From IMG/VR virus record IMGVR_UViG_3300025821_000010: a DNA stretch of 64,000 bases; one strand, written 5' to 3'. Below, piece by piece: positions 10,174 to 20,662 of this stretch; within the stretch, counting starts at the first letter, position 1, and each line of letters begins with the position of its first letter. Under the pieces are notes generated by a model, which was not told the DNA's origin, ran no database searches, and saw nothing but the letters and a program-made list of their open reading frames with translations. The position numbers and the translations under genes are program-made. This stretch comes from an uncultured virus (IMG/VR IMGVR_UViG_3300025821_000010) (taxonomy: Duplodnaviria > Heunggongvirae > Uroviricota > Caudoviricetes).

Positions 10174-10340
10174 TGGAATCTAAGGGTTTAGGTGACACTA
10201 TAGAAAAGATAACTACAGCTACTGGTATTAAAACAGTAGTTGATAAAGTGTCAGAGGGTCTTAATATTCCTTGTGGTTGCCAAAAAAGAAAAGAAGCTTT
10301 AAACAACATGTTCCCTTATAATGGCGTTCAAACTAAGTAA
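10173..10340 (+). CDS. 55-aa hypothetical protein (GLGDT...CGC..RK..LN), missing from ORF track
   Basis: Translated by hand: MESKGLGDTIEKITTATGIK...PCGCQKRKEALNNMFPYNGVQTK; stop/start overlap with the upstream gene. Confidence 0.65.
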   Translation: MESKGLGDTIEKITTATGIKTVVDKVSEGLNIPCGCQKRKEALNNMFPYNGVQTK

Positions 10341-10629
10341 TCCACCATACTATATCGACAACACACCTATATACAACGTAGACTTAGGTGACGAAGTGTT
10401 AGGTAAAGCCGATAGGAATGGTAGCATACTTATAAATAAAAATATTACTGACGAAAAACAAAAACAAGATGTAATTAATCACGAGAAAATTCATTTAGAT
10501 CAAATGAAGAGAGGTGATTTAGATTACAATGATAGTGCGGTTTTTTGGAAAGGTAAAAAATACTCAAGAGCGCAAATGGAAGAGGGCGCTAAAAACTTAC
10601 CATGGGAAAAAGAAGCTTATGGAAAATAA
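10321..10629 (+). CDS. Small HExxH (zincin-like) protein
   Basis: VINHEKIHLDQ motif; LPWEKEAY. Confidence 0.55.
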   Translation: MAFKLSNPPYYIDNTPIYNVDLGDEVLGKADRNGSILINKNITDEKQKQDVINHEKIHLDQMKRGDLDYNDSAVFWKGKKYSRAQMEEGAKNLPWEKEAYGK

Positions 10630-11071
10630 AAAACCATTTAAAGAAACCGGGCTGGGTAAATTTTTACTCGGCGCTGGTTCTACTATAATTGATGTTGTAG
10701 GCGATGCACTTCCGGATAAAGGTCTTTTAGGTGTAGTTAAAAATCTTATAAACAAAGACCCTGATTTAAGTGATGATCAAAAAGCTGAAGCTCACGATAG
10801 ATTGGTGGAACTTTATAGATTAGAAGTAGAAGATAGAGACTCAGCTAGAAAAAGAGAGGTAAATCTAAGGAAGTACGGAACAGACTGGATGTTTAATTTG
10901 ACTGGCATAGTTGGACTTTCAGCTTTTGCTTTTTTAGTTTACACCGTAGTTACTACACAAGTACCAGAGTCTAATAAAGAAATTTTCATACATTTGATCG
11001 GTATAGTTGAAGGTGTTGCCCTTAGTATTTTTGGTTACTACTTTGGCTCTGCGATTAAAGAAAATAAATAA
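10619..11071 (+). CDS. Holin-like membrane protein
   Basis: DRDSARKRE followed by two TM helices ending GYYFGS; likely start at MENKK (10619). Confidence 0.6.
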   Translation: MENKKPFKETGLGKFLLGAGSTIIDVVGDALPDKGLLGVVKNLINKDPDLSDDQKAEAHDRLVELYRLEVEDRDSARKREVNLRKYGTDWMFNLTGIVGLSAFAFLVYTVVTTQVPESNKEIFIHLIGIVEGVALSIFGYYFGSAIKENK

Positions 11072-11097
11072 AAATTAATTAAATCAAATCAAATCAA

Positions 11098-11343
11098 ATG
11101 AAAAAAGTAAATTCAATTACAAAAGACCAATTAACGAAAATTCAAGAACAACAAAAGCAATTATCTGATCTATTAAAAGACATCGGGTTTGTGGAAGTTC
11201 AAAAGCATGCTTTATTACACAAGCAAGCTGGTCTAAACGAAGAGATCGAAGCTTTTAAAGCTGAATTAGAGAAAGAGTATGGAGCTATTACTATTGATAT
11301 AGAAACTGGTTCTTACACTGAAATAGTTAAAGAAGAAGAATAA
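11098..11343 (+). CDS. Coiled-coil hypothetical protein
   Basis: 81 aa, heptad-rich, ends EKEYG...IDIETG. Confidence 0.6.
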   Translation: MKKVNSITKDQLTKIQEQQKQLSDLLKDIGFVEVQKHALLHKQAGLNEEIEAFKAELEKEYGAITIDIETGSYTEIVKEEE

Positions 11344-11570
11344 TGTCTTCCGTTATAAGAAAAATAAGTATAGGTTCTGACTACAAGAACGACGCAATGC
11401 ACTATGCTGTAGGACAAAGCGTTTATGGTGGTCATGAAATAGCCTATATATTATTCGACGAAGAAGATAGCTCTTATAACATTCACATAAAGAAAAACAG
11501 CGAGGTAATGCCATGGAAGAAATTTAATTCTAACATGGCAATATCCGTTGAATACGATCTTGAGTACTAA
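11343..11570 (+). CDS. Hypothetical protein
   Basis: 75 aa, translationally coupled. Confidence 0.6.
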   Translation: MSSVIRKISIGSDYKNDAMHYAVGQSVYGGHEIAYILFDEEDSSYNIHIKKNSEVMPWKKFNSNMAISVEYDLEY

Positions 11571-12175
11571 TGAGAAGTATTTACGACTTCATTGTGAAGC
11601 CAGTTGGTAAGCGCTATGACAACGAAAAGAAAGTTGGAGATAAAACCTTAATTACAAACTCATCAATAGAGAGTTTTAAGTCTGTAAATAATTATGCTGA
11701 AGTTGTAGCAACACCTTTAGCTTATGAAACAGGTATAAGCGTTGGTGATATTGTTTTAATACACCATAACGTATTTAGAAGGTTTTATGACATGAAAGGC
11801 AATCAAAAAGATAGTAGGTCAATGTTTATTGATGGATTATATTTTGTTGCGCCAGATCAAATATATTTATATGGACAACCTAAAAAATGGAAAACTTTTA
11901 ATGATAGATGTTTTGTTGTTCCAATTAAAAATAAAGACAGCTTCTCTCTTGAAAAAGAGCAAAAGCTTATTGGTATACTTAAATACGGTAATAGTTCCTT
12001 ACAAGCGCTAGAAATCAATCCTGGAGACCTTATTGGTTATACCCCAGGCGGAGAGTTTGAGTTTGTAGTTGACGAAAAGAAATTGTACTGTATGAAATCT
12101 AATGATATTGTAATTAAATATGAATACCAAGGAAACGAAGAAGAAAATAATCCTAGCTGGGCAAAAAGCAGTTGA
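11570..12175 (+). CDS. Tandem GroES-like protein (two Cpn10-like domains)
   Basis: N-half AEVVATP...ISVGDIVLI; C-half FNDRCFV...INPGDLIGY...DEKKLYCMKSNDIVI. Confidence 0.55.
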   Translation: MRSIYDFIVKPVGKRYDNEKKVGDKTLITNSSIESFKSVNNYAEVVATPLAYETGISVGDIVLIHHNVFRRFYDMKGNQKDSRSMFIDGLYFVAPDQIYLYGQPKKWKTFNDRCFVVPIKNKDSFSLEKEQKLIGILKYGNSSLQALEINPGDLIGYTPGGEFEFVVDEKKLYCMKSNDIVIKYEYQGNEEENNPSWAKSS

Positions 12176-12392
12176 GGAATTAATAAAAGTAGCTAGAGAA
12201 AAAATTGTTGATTCAGATGATGATATATCAGCTGATAGATTAAAAAATGCTGCTGCTACAAAGAAATTAGCAATATTTGATGCTTTTGAAATACTTTCAC
12301 GTATTGAACAAGAAGAACAATTGTTAAATGATGAATCTGCTGATTCACCACAAAAAAATTTCAGAGGTTTCGCTGAAGGTAGATCTAAGTAA
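12120..12392 (+). CDS. Putative terminase small subunit
   Basis: Helical 90-aa gene coupled to the large terminase. Confidence 0.5.
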   Translation: MNTKETKKKIILAGQKAVEELIKVAREKIVDSDDDISADRLKNAAATKKLAIFDAFEILSRIEQEEQLLNDESADSPQKNFRGFAEGRSK

Positions 12393-14617
12393 TGTACGAA
12401 CAAACGTTATATAAGATATTACCTGATCATATCAAGTCTAAAACTATAAAAACCCAAAATAGATATAAAAAGTGGGAGTATGGTTATAACAAAGAACATG
12501 ATGTAGTTGTTATAAGTAAGACTGGTAAAATTGGAGAAATATACGAAATACAAGGATTAAAAATAGCATTACCTTTTATAGAGAATGCTTATTCAAGATC
12601 AGAAAACAAACTAGATCAGTATTGGGAAGCTCATGACATTCCAAAAGAATTGTCAAAGATTAAAACAATATTTGAGTGGGACACTTACCCTGATCACTTT
12701 AAAAACAAATGGTATGAGTATATCGATCAAGAGTTTGAATATAGGGAAAAAGGTTTTTCGTTTTACAACAAAGGTGTTCCTACTTACATTACTGGTAATC
12801 ACTACATGTACTTGCAGTGGACCAAGATTGATGTTGGGAGAGCAGATTTTAGGGAAGCAAACAGATTATTCTTTATATTCTGGGAAGCTTGCCAAGCAGA
12901 TAACAGATGTTTCGGAATGTGCTACCTTAAGAATAGGAGGTCCGGTTTTAGCTTCATGGCCAGCGGAACAGCAGTTAATATGGCAACAATATCTTCTGAT
13001 GCGAGATTCGGGATCTTATCTAAATCAGGAGCAGATGCTAAGAAAATGTTTACAGATAAGGTGGTACCTATATCAATCAACTATCCTTTCTTCTTCAAAC
13101 CAATTCAGGACGGAATGGATAGGCCGAAGACCGAGCTCGCCTACCGCGTACCCGCGTCCAAAATTACCAGAAAGTCCGTCGATAAGGTTTCCACAGCCAA
13201 AAACGATTTACAAGGGCTTGACACCACGATCGACTGGAAAAACACAGGAGACAACTCGTATGACGGTGAAAAACTAAAATTATTAGTTCATGATGAAAGT
13301 GGTAAATGGGAGAGACCAGATAATATATTAAATAACTGGAGGGTAACAAAAACAACATTAAGGTTAGGTAGTAGGATTATAGGTAAATGTATGATGGGAT
13401 CCACTTCTAATGCTTTAGCTAAAGGTGGAGAGAATTTTAAAAGATTATATTATGACTCCGACGTTTCCAAGAGAAACCGCAATGGACAGACTAGTTCAGG
13501 ATTATATTCTCTGTTCATACCTATGGAATGGAACTACGAAGGATTCATTGATACTTATGGAATACCTGTATTCGATACTCCAGAGAAACCAGTTAAAGCT
13601 GCCGACGGCTCGTTAATAGAGTATAGTGTAATAGAACATTGGCAAAATGAAGTCGATGGTTTAAAGAACGATCAAGACGGATTAAATGAAATGTATAGAC
13701 AATTCCCAAGAACAGAGCAACACGCTTTTAGGGATGAGGCGAAAGAATCATTATTTAATTTAACTAAAATATACCAGCAGATTGATTATAATGAAGATTT
13801 AAGAAACACATCTGTTGTAACTACGGGAAGTTTTGCTTGGGAGAACGGTATGCCTGATACTAGGGTTGTTTTTAACCCTAATAAAGACGGTAGGTTTAAA
13901 ATAACTTGGGTTCCACCTAAAGATCTGCAAAACCGAGTAATAATAAAGAATGGCACTAAATATCCTGGAAACGAGCACTGTGGTGCTTTTGGATGTGATA
14001 GTTATGATATATCTGGTACAGTTGATCAAAGAGGTTCTAACGGATCTTTACACGGTTTAACTAAGTTTTCTATGGAAGATGTACCACCTAACCATTTTTT
14101 CTTAGAATATATAGCTAGACCACAAACTGCTGAGATATTTTTTGAAGATGTTTTAATGGCTTGTATATTTTACGGTATGCCAATACTTGCAGAAAATAAC
14201 AAACCTAGACTTTTATACCATTTTAAAAGGAGAGGTTATAGAGGTTTTTCAATGAATAGACCAGATAAAGTTTGGAATAAACTATCTGTTACTGAAAGAG
14301 AAATAGGTGGAATACCTAACTCTAGCGAAGATATAAAACAAGCTCATGCTGCGGCAATTGAAACTTATGTAGAACAACATATTGGTCTTTTAGATACTGG
14401 ATATGGAGATATGTATTTTCAAAGAACACTAGAAGACTGGGCTAGATTTAACATAAATAACAGAACAAGTCACGATGCGTCTATTAGCTCTGGACTTGCT
14501 TTAATGGCTTGCAATAAACACAGATATGTTCCTGTAAATAGAATAGAAAGACAACCTGTTAATCTAGGTATTAAAAGATACAATAATGATGGTAGTACCT
14601 CAAAAATTATACTATAA
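12392..14617 (+). CDS. terL: Terminase large subunit
   Basis: KNRRSGFS Walker A-like, LVHDESGKW Walker B, GSTSN motif, FGCDSYD RNase H-like nuclease. Confidence 0.9.
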   Translation: MYEQTLYKILPDHIKSKTIKTQNRYKKWEYGYNKEHDVVVISKTGKIGEIYEIQGLKIALPFIENAYSRSENKLDQYWEAHDIPKELSKIKTIFEWDTYPDHFKNKWYEYIDQEFEYREKGFSFYNKGVPTYITGNHYMYLQWTKIDVGRADFREANRLFFIFWEACQADNRCFGMCYLKNRRSGFSFMASGTAVNMATISSDARFGILSKSGADAKKMFTDKVVPISINYPFFFKPIQDGMDRPKTELAYRVPASKITRKSVDKVSTAKNDLQGLDTTIDWKNTGDNSYDGEKLKLLVHDESGKWERPDNILNNWRVTKTTLRLGSRIIGKCMMGSTSNALAKGGENFKRLYYDSDVSKRNRNGQTSSGLYSLFIPMEWNYEGFIDTYGIPVFDTPEKPVKAADGSLIEYSVIEHWQNEVDGLKNDQDGLNEMYRQFPRTEQHAFRDEAKESLFNLTKIYQQIDYNEDLRNTSVVTTGSFAWENGMPDTRVVFNPNKDGRFKITWVPPKDLQNRVIIKNGTKYPGNEHCGAFGCDSYDISGTVDQRGSNGSLHGLTKFSMEDVPPNHFFLEYIARPQTAEIFFEDVLMACIFYGMPILAENNKPRLLYHFKRRGYRGFSMNRPDKVWNKLSVTEREIGGIPNSSEDIKQAHAAAIETYVEQHIGLLDTGYGDMYFQRTLEDWARFNINNRTSHDASISSGLALMACNKHRYVPVNRIERQPVNLGIKRYNNDGSTSKIIL

Positions 14618-17026
14618 ATGAATATATACACAAATACCAATAGTTCTTTTCCAAGCCAAGTGGTTAGTGATGCTGAAAAGGCGTCGTTAGAGTATGGTAT
14701 TCAAGTGGCTAGAGCCATTGAACAAGAGTGGTTTGACCAAGGAAGAACTAATGCTAATAGGTATCAAACAAACTATAATAACTTTCATCAGTTAAGGTTA
14801 TACGCTAGAGGTGAGCAATCTATACAAAAATACAAAGATGAGTTAGCTATTAATGGTGACTTGTCTTATCTTAATTTAGATTGGAAACCAGTACCTGTTA
14901 TATCTAAGTTTGTGGATATAGTAGTTAATGGTATGACTCAAAAAGGTTATCAGGTTAAAGCTATGGCTACTGATCCATTCGCTTTAAAACAAAGAACTAA
15001 CTACGCTTTTAATGCTTTGAGAGATATAGAAAACAAAGCATACTTAGATCAGATTAATGCTGAGTTTGGACAAAACTTATATTCTTCTTCTGAACCTGAC
15101 ATGCTTCCTGATAACAAAGAGGAACTTGATTTATTTATGCAATTAAACTACAAACAAAGTGTAGAGATTGCAGAAGAAGAGGTTATTAAAACAGTTTTAA
15201 GTCAAAACAAGTACGATGAAACAAGAAAAAGACTAGCGTATGACTTAACGGTACTAGGTATATCTTGTTTAAAAACTAGTTTCAATGTGTCTGAAGGAAT
15301 AAAAGTAGATTATGTTGATCCAGCTTATTTAGTTTATTCTTACACAGAAGATCCAAACTTTGAAGATATATATTACGTAGGTGAAGTTAAATCTATAACT
15401 ATAGCCGAATTAAAAAAAGAATTTCCATATATATCTGAAGAGGAATTAAAAAATATACAAAATATGCCTGGCAACAATCAGTATATAACTGGTTGGGGTA
15501 ATTACGATGAAAACACTGTTCAAGTATTGTATTTTGAGTACAAGACGTACAATAACCAAGTGTTTAAAATAAAACAAACTGAAAATGGATTAGAAAAAGC
15601 TATAGTTAAAGACGATAGTTTTGATCCACCAGTTAACGATAATTTTGAAAGAGTTTCTAGAACTATTGAAGTTTTATACTCTGGAGCTAAAGTATTAGGT
15701 AATAATACCATGCTTGAATGGAAATTAACTGAAAATATGACTAGGCCGTATGCTGATACAACCAAAGTAGTGATGAACTACTCTATTGTAGCGCCTAGAA
15801 TGTACAAAGGAAGAATTGAGTCAATAGTTAGTAAGATCACTGGATTTGCTGATATGATTCAATTAACTCATTTGAAGCTACAACAAGTAATGTCTAGAAT
15901 AGTACCAGATGGTGTGTTCTTAGATATGGATGGTTTAGCTGAAGTTGATCTTGGTAATGGTACAAATTATAACGCAGCGGAAGCATTAAACATGTATTTC
16001 CAAACTGGTAGTGTAGTTGGTAGATCACTTACTCAAGATGGTGAATTAAACAGGGGTAAAGTACCAGTTCAAGAATTATCTTCTTCATCTGGTCAAGGAA
16101 AAATAGCTTCATTAATAAACACTTACAACTATTATCTACAGATGATAAGGGATGTAACTGGATTAAACGAAGCAAGAGATGGTAGTAACCCAGATAAAGA
16201 CGCTCTTCTAGGGCTTCAAAAGATGGCTGCTAATCAATCAAATGTCGCAACTAGGCATATATTACAATCACTGTTTTATTTAACCATTAGAGCATGCGAG
16301 AACGTTAGTATGAAAGTTGCTGATGTACTTGATTTTCCTTTAACTAGAATGTCTTTAATAAACAGTATAAACACGTTTAATGCTGCTGTATTAGAAGAAG
16401 TTGACGAGTTAAGTTTACATGATTTCGGAATATTCTTAGAGTTAGAACCTGAAGAAGAAGAAAAGTCTCAATTAGAACAAAATATACAAATAGCTTTACA
16501 AGCTGGTATGATTGGTTTAGAAGATGCTATTGATATTAGAGAAATATCTAATCTTAAACTAGCTAATCAATTACTTAAATTTAGACAGAAAAAGAAACAA
16601 GAAGCTGCTGAACAAGCGCAACTTGCTAATATACAGGCGCAAGCACAAGCTAATTCAGAAGCAAACGAGAGAGCTGCTATGGCTGAGGTTCAAAAACAAC
16701 AAGCTCTTACTCAAGAGAAAGTTAGTATTGAACAAGCTAAATCACAGTTTGAGATACAAAGAATGCAAACAGAAGCTCAAATTAAAAGAGAGCTTATGGC
16801 TGAAGAGTTTAATTATCAAATGCAATTAGCTCAAATAAAAGCTAATGCAGAAGCTGGTAAAATTGCTGAAGTTGAAGATCGCAAAGACAAAAGAACTAAA
16901 ATACAAGCTACACAACAATCTGAGTTAATAAATCAAAGACAAAATGATTTGTTACCTAAAGATTTTGAGTCACAAGGGAACGACACTCTTGGAGGATTCA
17001 ATCTAGAGCAGTTTGCTCCTAGATAA
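14618..17026 (+). CDS. Portal protein
   Basis: 802 aa after terL; PVISKFVDIVVNG, IRDVTGLNEARDG; Gln-rich coiled-coil C-terminus. Confidence 0.85.
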   Translation: MNIYTNTNSSFPSQVVSDAEKASLEYGIQVARAIEQEWFDQGRTNANRYQTNYNNFHQLRLYARGEQSIQKYKDELAINGDLSYLNLDWKPVPVISKFVDIVVNGMTQKGYQVKAMATDPFALKQRTNYAFNALRDIENKAYLDQINAEFGQNLYSSSEPDMLPDNKEELDLFMQLNYKQSVEIAEEEVIKTVLSQNKYDETRKRLAYDLTVLGISCLKTSFNVSEGIKVDYVDPAYLVYSYTEDPNFEDIYYVGEVKSITIAELKKEFPYISEEELKNIQNMPGNNQYITGWGNYDENTVQVLYFEYKTYNNQVFKIKQTENGLEKAIVKDDSFDPPVNDNFERVSRTIEVLYSGAKVLGNNTMLEWKLTENMTRPYADTTKVVMNYSIVAPRMYKGRIESIVSKITGFADMIQLTHLKLQQVMSRIVPDGVFLDMDGLAEVDLGNGTNYNAAEALNMYFQTGSVVGRSLTQDGELNRGKVPVQELSSSSGQGKIASLINTYNYYLQMIRDVTGLNEARDGSNPDKDALLGLQKMAANQSNVATRHILQSLFYLTIRACENVSMKVADVLDFPLTRMSLINSINTFNAAVLEEVDELSLHDFGIFLELEPEEEEKSQLEQNIQIALQAGMIGLEDAIDIREISNLKLANQLLKFRQKKKQEAAEQAQLANIQAQAQANSEANERAAMAEVQKQQALTQEKVSIEQAKSQFEIQRMQTEAQIKRELMAEEFNYQMQLAQIKANAEAGKIAEVEDRKDKRTKIQATQQSELINQRQNDLLPKDFESQGNDTLGGFNLEQFAPR

Positions 17027-17057
17027 ATTTTATTAATCAATTATATATTATTATATC

Positions 17058-18233
17058 ATGTCAGAAATTGTAAAACAAGAGGGTGATTTTAAATTAAAAA
17101 AGAAAAAACCCGCGATGAAAAAACTAAATAACAACGAAGATGTTATTAAAGTTGATCTAACACCTAAAAAAGAAGAAGATGCCGTTCAAGAGCAAATCAC
17201 AGATGAAAGCTTGTTACGCACAGAACAACCCGAAGTGGAATTGCAAGAAGTGGTTGAACGAGACGAAGAACCCGCAGAGCCTACCGAAGAGGTTGTTGAA
17301 CAAGAACCAGTAGTTATTCAAGAAATAACTGAAGAAGAGGTAGAAGAGGTTAAAGATCTAACGGAACAAGTTGAACAAGCTGTTCAAGAAAGCGAACAAA
17401 CAGGTAAACAATTACCTGAAAACATAGAAAAATTAGTTTCTTTTATGGAAGAGACTGGTGGAACGGTAGAAGATTATGTTAGATTAAATGCTAATTACGA
17501 CAACGTAAATAACGAAGCGTTATTAAAAGAATACTATAAAAAAACAAGGCCACATCTAGACTCTGAAGAAATAGAATTCCTTATGGAAGATAATTTCAGT
17601 TATGATGAGGAGTTGGATGAAGATAGAGACGTAAGAAAAAAGAAACTTGCGTTTAAAGAAGAAGTTGCAAAAGCTAAGAGTTATCTTGAAGAGCTTAAGG
17701 GTAAATATTACGAGGAAATCAAGTTGAGACCTGGTGTTACCCAAGAACAAAAGAAAGCGCTTGACTTTTTTAACCGATATAATGAAGAGCAAAGCATAGC
17801 TGCTGAGCAACACGAGAAGTTTAAAGCCGAGACTAAAAGGCTTTTTTCTGATGATTTCAAAGGTTTTGACATCAATGTAGGAGAAAAGAAATTTAGGTAC
17901 GGTATTCAAAATGTTGAAAAAGTAGCTGAGAACCAATCAAACATCAACAACCTAATTAAGAAGTTCTTAAACGATAAAGGTGAAGTTGTAGACGCGAAAG
18001 GGTATCATAAGGCTATGTACGCTGCTGAGAACATTGACAGGATAGCATCTCACTTTTATGAGCAAGGCAAGGCCGATGCAGTAAAAGAAGTAGTTACTAA
18101 TTCAAAAAACCCCAGTACTGAAACAAGAAAAGCAGCTTCTGGTGATGTTTACATCAATGGTTTAAAAGTTAAAGCAATCAGTGGTTTTGATTCTTCAAAA
18201 TTAAAAATTAAAACAAAAAAATTTAACAATTAA
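17058..18233 (+). CDS. Capsid scaffolding protein (putative)
   Basis: Highly acidic N-terminus, helical; between portal and capsid genes. Confidence 0.65.
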   Translation: MSEIVKQEGDFKLKKKKPAMKKLNNNEDVIKVDLTPKKEEDAVQEQITDESLLRTEQPEVELQEVVERDEEPAEPTEEVVEQEPVVIQEITEEEVEEVKDLTEQVEQAVQESEQTGKQLPENIEKLVSFMEETGGTVEDYVRLNANYDNVNNEALLKEYYKKTRPHLDSEEIEFLMEDNFSYDEELDEDRDVRKKKLAFKEEVAKAKSYLEELKGKYYEEIKLRPGVTQEQKKALDFFNRYNEEQSIAAEQHEKFKAETKRLFSDDFKGFDINVGEKKFRYGIQNVEKVAENQSNINNLIKKFLNDKGEVVDAKGYHKAMYAAENIDRIASHFYEQGKADAVKEVVTNSKNPSTETRKAASGDVYINGLKVKAISGFDSSKLKIKTKKFNN

Positions 18234-18244
18234 AAAAATTAATT

Positions 18245-19690
18245 ATGGCAGTAGTCGCACCCGTATATGGGTCAATTAAACCGTCTCAGAAGCAACAACT
18301 TCTTGAGTCAAATTATTTAAACTTTACAGACGGATCTGGAAATGATTTCGCACAACAGTACTTACCTGAAATTTATGAGGCTGAAGTAGAGCGCTATGGA
18401 AATAGAACTTTATCTGGTTTCTTAAGAATGGTTGGAGCTGAAATGCCAATGTCTTCTGATCAAATCGTATGGTCTGAGCAAAACAGATTGCATATCGCTT
18501 ACGATAGCGTTACAAAAGCAACTGATACAACTTTAACATTCGCTTTGAATGCAACAGCTGGTCCTAACTTTGTACAAAACGTTATCTCTAAAAACCAAAC
18601 ATTAGTAGTTATTGATCCTGCAACAGGACAAGACTTAAAAGTTTTTGTAACAGATAGTGTTAACACTTCTGCTACATTAGCTACTATTACAGTAAAACCT
18701 TATACTGCCGCTGATATGGCTGCTTTATCTGCAACTGCTGGAGCACTTAAAATCTTCGTATACGGTTCTGAATACAAAAAAGGAACTACAGATGCTGATA
18801 TTAAGTCTGTAACACCTTCTTTCACTCAGTACTCTAACTCTCCAATCATTATCAAAGAGAAGTATGCTATCTCTGGATCTGATACTGCTCAAATTGGATG
18901 GGTTGAAGTTGCTACTGAAGATGGTGCATCTGGATATTTATGGTATTTAAAAGCTGAATCTGAAACTCGTCTACGTTTTGAGGATTACTTAGAAATGTCT
19001 GTAGTTGAAGGAGAGTTAGTTTCTGGAGCTTCTACTTTAGATACTGTTGAAGGTATCAAAGGTACTGAAGGTTTATTCGCAGCTGTACAATCAAGAGGTA
19101 ACGTATTAAACAACTTTACTGCAGCTTCTGGATTAGCTGACTTTGATAGCATCTTGAAAAACTTAGATACTCAAGGAGCAATTGAAGAAAACATGTTATT
19201 CTTAAACAGACAAACTTCTTTAGATTTCGATGATATGCTTGCTGGTTTATCTGCTGGAGCTAACGGAGGTACTGCTTATGGATTGTTTGAAAACTCTGCT
19301 GAAATGGCGTTAAACTTAGGTTTCACTGGATTTAGAAGAGGTTCTTACGATTTCTATAAGACTGACTGGAAATACTTAAACGATGCTTCTACTCGTGGTG
19401 CTTCTAACGGAGCTGGACAAGTAGGATCTGGTATTGATGGTGTATTAGTACCTGCTGGAACTTCTACAGTATACGATCAAATCTTAGGAACAAACATCAG
19501 AAGACCATTCTTACACGTACGTTATAGAGCTTCTCAGGCTGACGACAGAAGAATGAAATCTTGGATCACTGGTTCTGTAGGTGGAGCTTACACTTCTGAT
19601 CTTGATGCAATGGAAGTACACTTCCTTTCTGAAAGATGTCTTGTAGTTCAAGCAGCTAACAACTTCGTATTGTTTACTGCATCTGCATAA
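18245..19690 (+). CDS. Major capsid protein
   Basis: 481 aa after the scaffold gene, strong codon bias, followed by a terminator. Confidence 0.82.
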   Translation: MAVVAPVYGSIKPSQKQQLLESNYLNFTDGSGNDFAQQYLPEIYEAEVERYGNRTLSGFLRMVGAEMPMSSDQIVWSEQNRLHIAYDSVTKATDTTLTFALNATAGPNFVQNVISKNQTLVVIDPATGQDLKVFVTDSVNTSATLATITVKPYTAADMAALSATAGALKIFVYGSEYKKGTTDADIKSVTPSFTQYSNSPIIIKEKYAISGSDTAQIGWVEVATEDGASGYLWYLKAESETRLRFEDYLEMSVVEGELVSGASTLDTVEGIKGTEGLFAAVQSRGNVLNNFTAASGLADFDSILKNLDTQGAIEENMLFLNRQTSLDFDDMLAGLSAGANGGTAYGLFENSAEMALNLGFTGFRRGSYDFYKTDWKYLNDASTRGASNGAGQVGSGIDGVLVPAGTSTVYDQILGTNIRRPFLHVRYRASQADDRRMKSWITGSVGGAYTSDLDAMEVHFLSERCLVVQAANNFVLFTASA

Positions 19691-19705
19691 CAACAACTTG
19701 TAATT

Positions 19706-19738
19706 ATTACCCTCGTTGTACTGACGGGGGTAATTTTT
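19706..19738 (+). terminator. Rho-independent terminator after the capsid gene
   Basis: ATTACCCTCGT-loop-ACGGGGGTAAT then T tract. Confidence 0.75.
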
Positions 19739-19769
19739 ACTTTTATAAACTATTTAATCTTATTATATT

Positions 19770-20603
19770 ATGGCTAAAAAAGCTACCGCTTCTACAGAAG
19801 AAGTATTTGAAGAAACTATGGTTGTTGAACAACCCAAAAAAGAAACACCAAAAGCACCTGCTAAACCAGCGTGGGAAATAAAAGATAGAACGTATTATTT
19901 AACTGGGGCACATAGTCCTTTAACGTTTACTTTGCCATCAAGACACACGTCAAGATACCCATTATTATGGTTTAACAAAGAAACTGGTGATCAAAAAGAA
20001 ATTAGATTTGCAACTAATCAAAACTCTCCTTTTGTAGACGAACAAAAAGGTGAAGCAACATTAGGGCACATCATGTTTAAAAATGGTACTTTATTTGTAC
20101 CAAAAGAAAAACAAAACTTACAAAAATTATTATCTCTTTATCACCCAGGTTTAAATATTAAGTATGCTGAATTTGATGCTATTTTAACAGCTAATAACGA
20201 ATTAGAAGACTTAGATATTCAAATTGATGCTTTAGTAGCTGCAAGAGAAATAGATGTTGATCAAGCTGAAGCTATTTTAAGAGTTGAAATTGGATCTGCT
20301 GTTTCAGGAATGAGCTCTAAGGAAATTAGAAGAGATTTATTATTATTTGCAAGAAGAAATCCAGGATTGTTTATTGAATTAGCTAATGATGAAAATGTAC
20401 AATTAAGGAATTTTGCAATTAAAGCTTCTGAAGCTGGTATTATAAAACTATCACAGGATCAAAGAACGTTTATGTGGGGTACAAACAACGCTAAACTAAT
20501 GACTGTTCCTTTTGATGAAAATCCATACTCAGCTATGGCAGCATTCTTTAAGACTGATGAAGGCGTGGAAATCTTCAAATCTATAGAGAAAAAATTTAAA
20601 TAG
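19770..20603 (+). CDS. Conserved hypothetical protein of the head module
   Basis: 277-aa ORF directly after the capsid gene. Confidence 0.6.
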   Translation: MAKKATASTEEVFEETMVVEQPKKETPKAPAKPAWEIKDRTYYLTGAHSPLTFTLPSRHTSRYPLLWFNKETGDQKEIRFATNQNSPFVDEQKGEATLGHIMFKNGTLFVPKEKQNLQKLLSLYHPGLNIKYAEFDAILTANNELEDLDIQIDALVAAREIDVDQAEAILRVEIGSAVSGMSSKEIRRDLLLFARRNPGLFIELANDENVQLRNFAIKASEAGIIKLSQDQRTFMWGTNNAKLMTVPFDENPYSAMAAFFKTDEGVEIFKSIEKKFK

Positions 20604-20617
20604 TACGTAATATTAAT

Positions 20618-20646
20618 ATATGGGGTGATTAATTTCGCCCCTATAT
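20618..20646 (+). terminator. Intergenic hairpin (terminator or processing site)
   Basis: GGGGTGA-TTAATT-TCGCCCC stem; weak U tract. Confidence 0.4.
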
Positions 20647-20662
20647 TATAATAAAAAATAAA

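Noticed and set aside
11072..11100. AAATC/AAATT pentamer runs before start codons (also ~5321-5340 and ~27206-27218)
   Set aside because: Consistent with ordinary A-rich, SD-less translation initiation regions rather than a distinct repeat element
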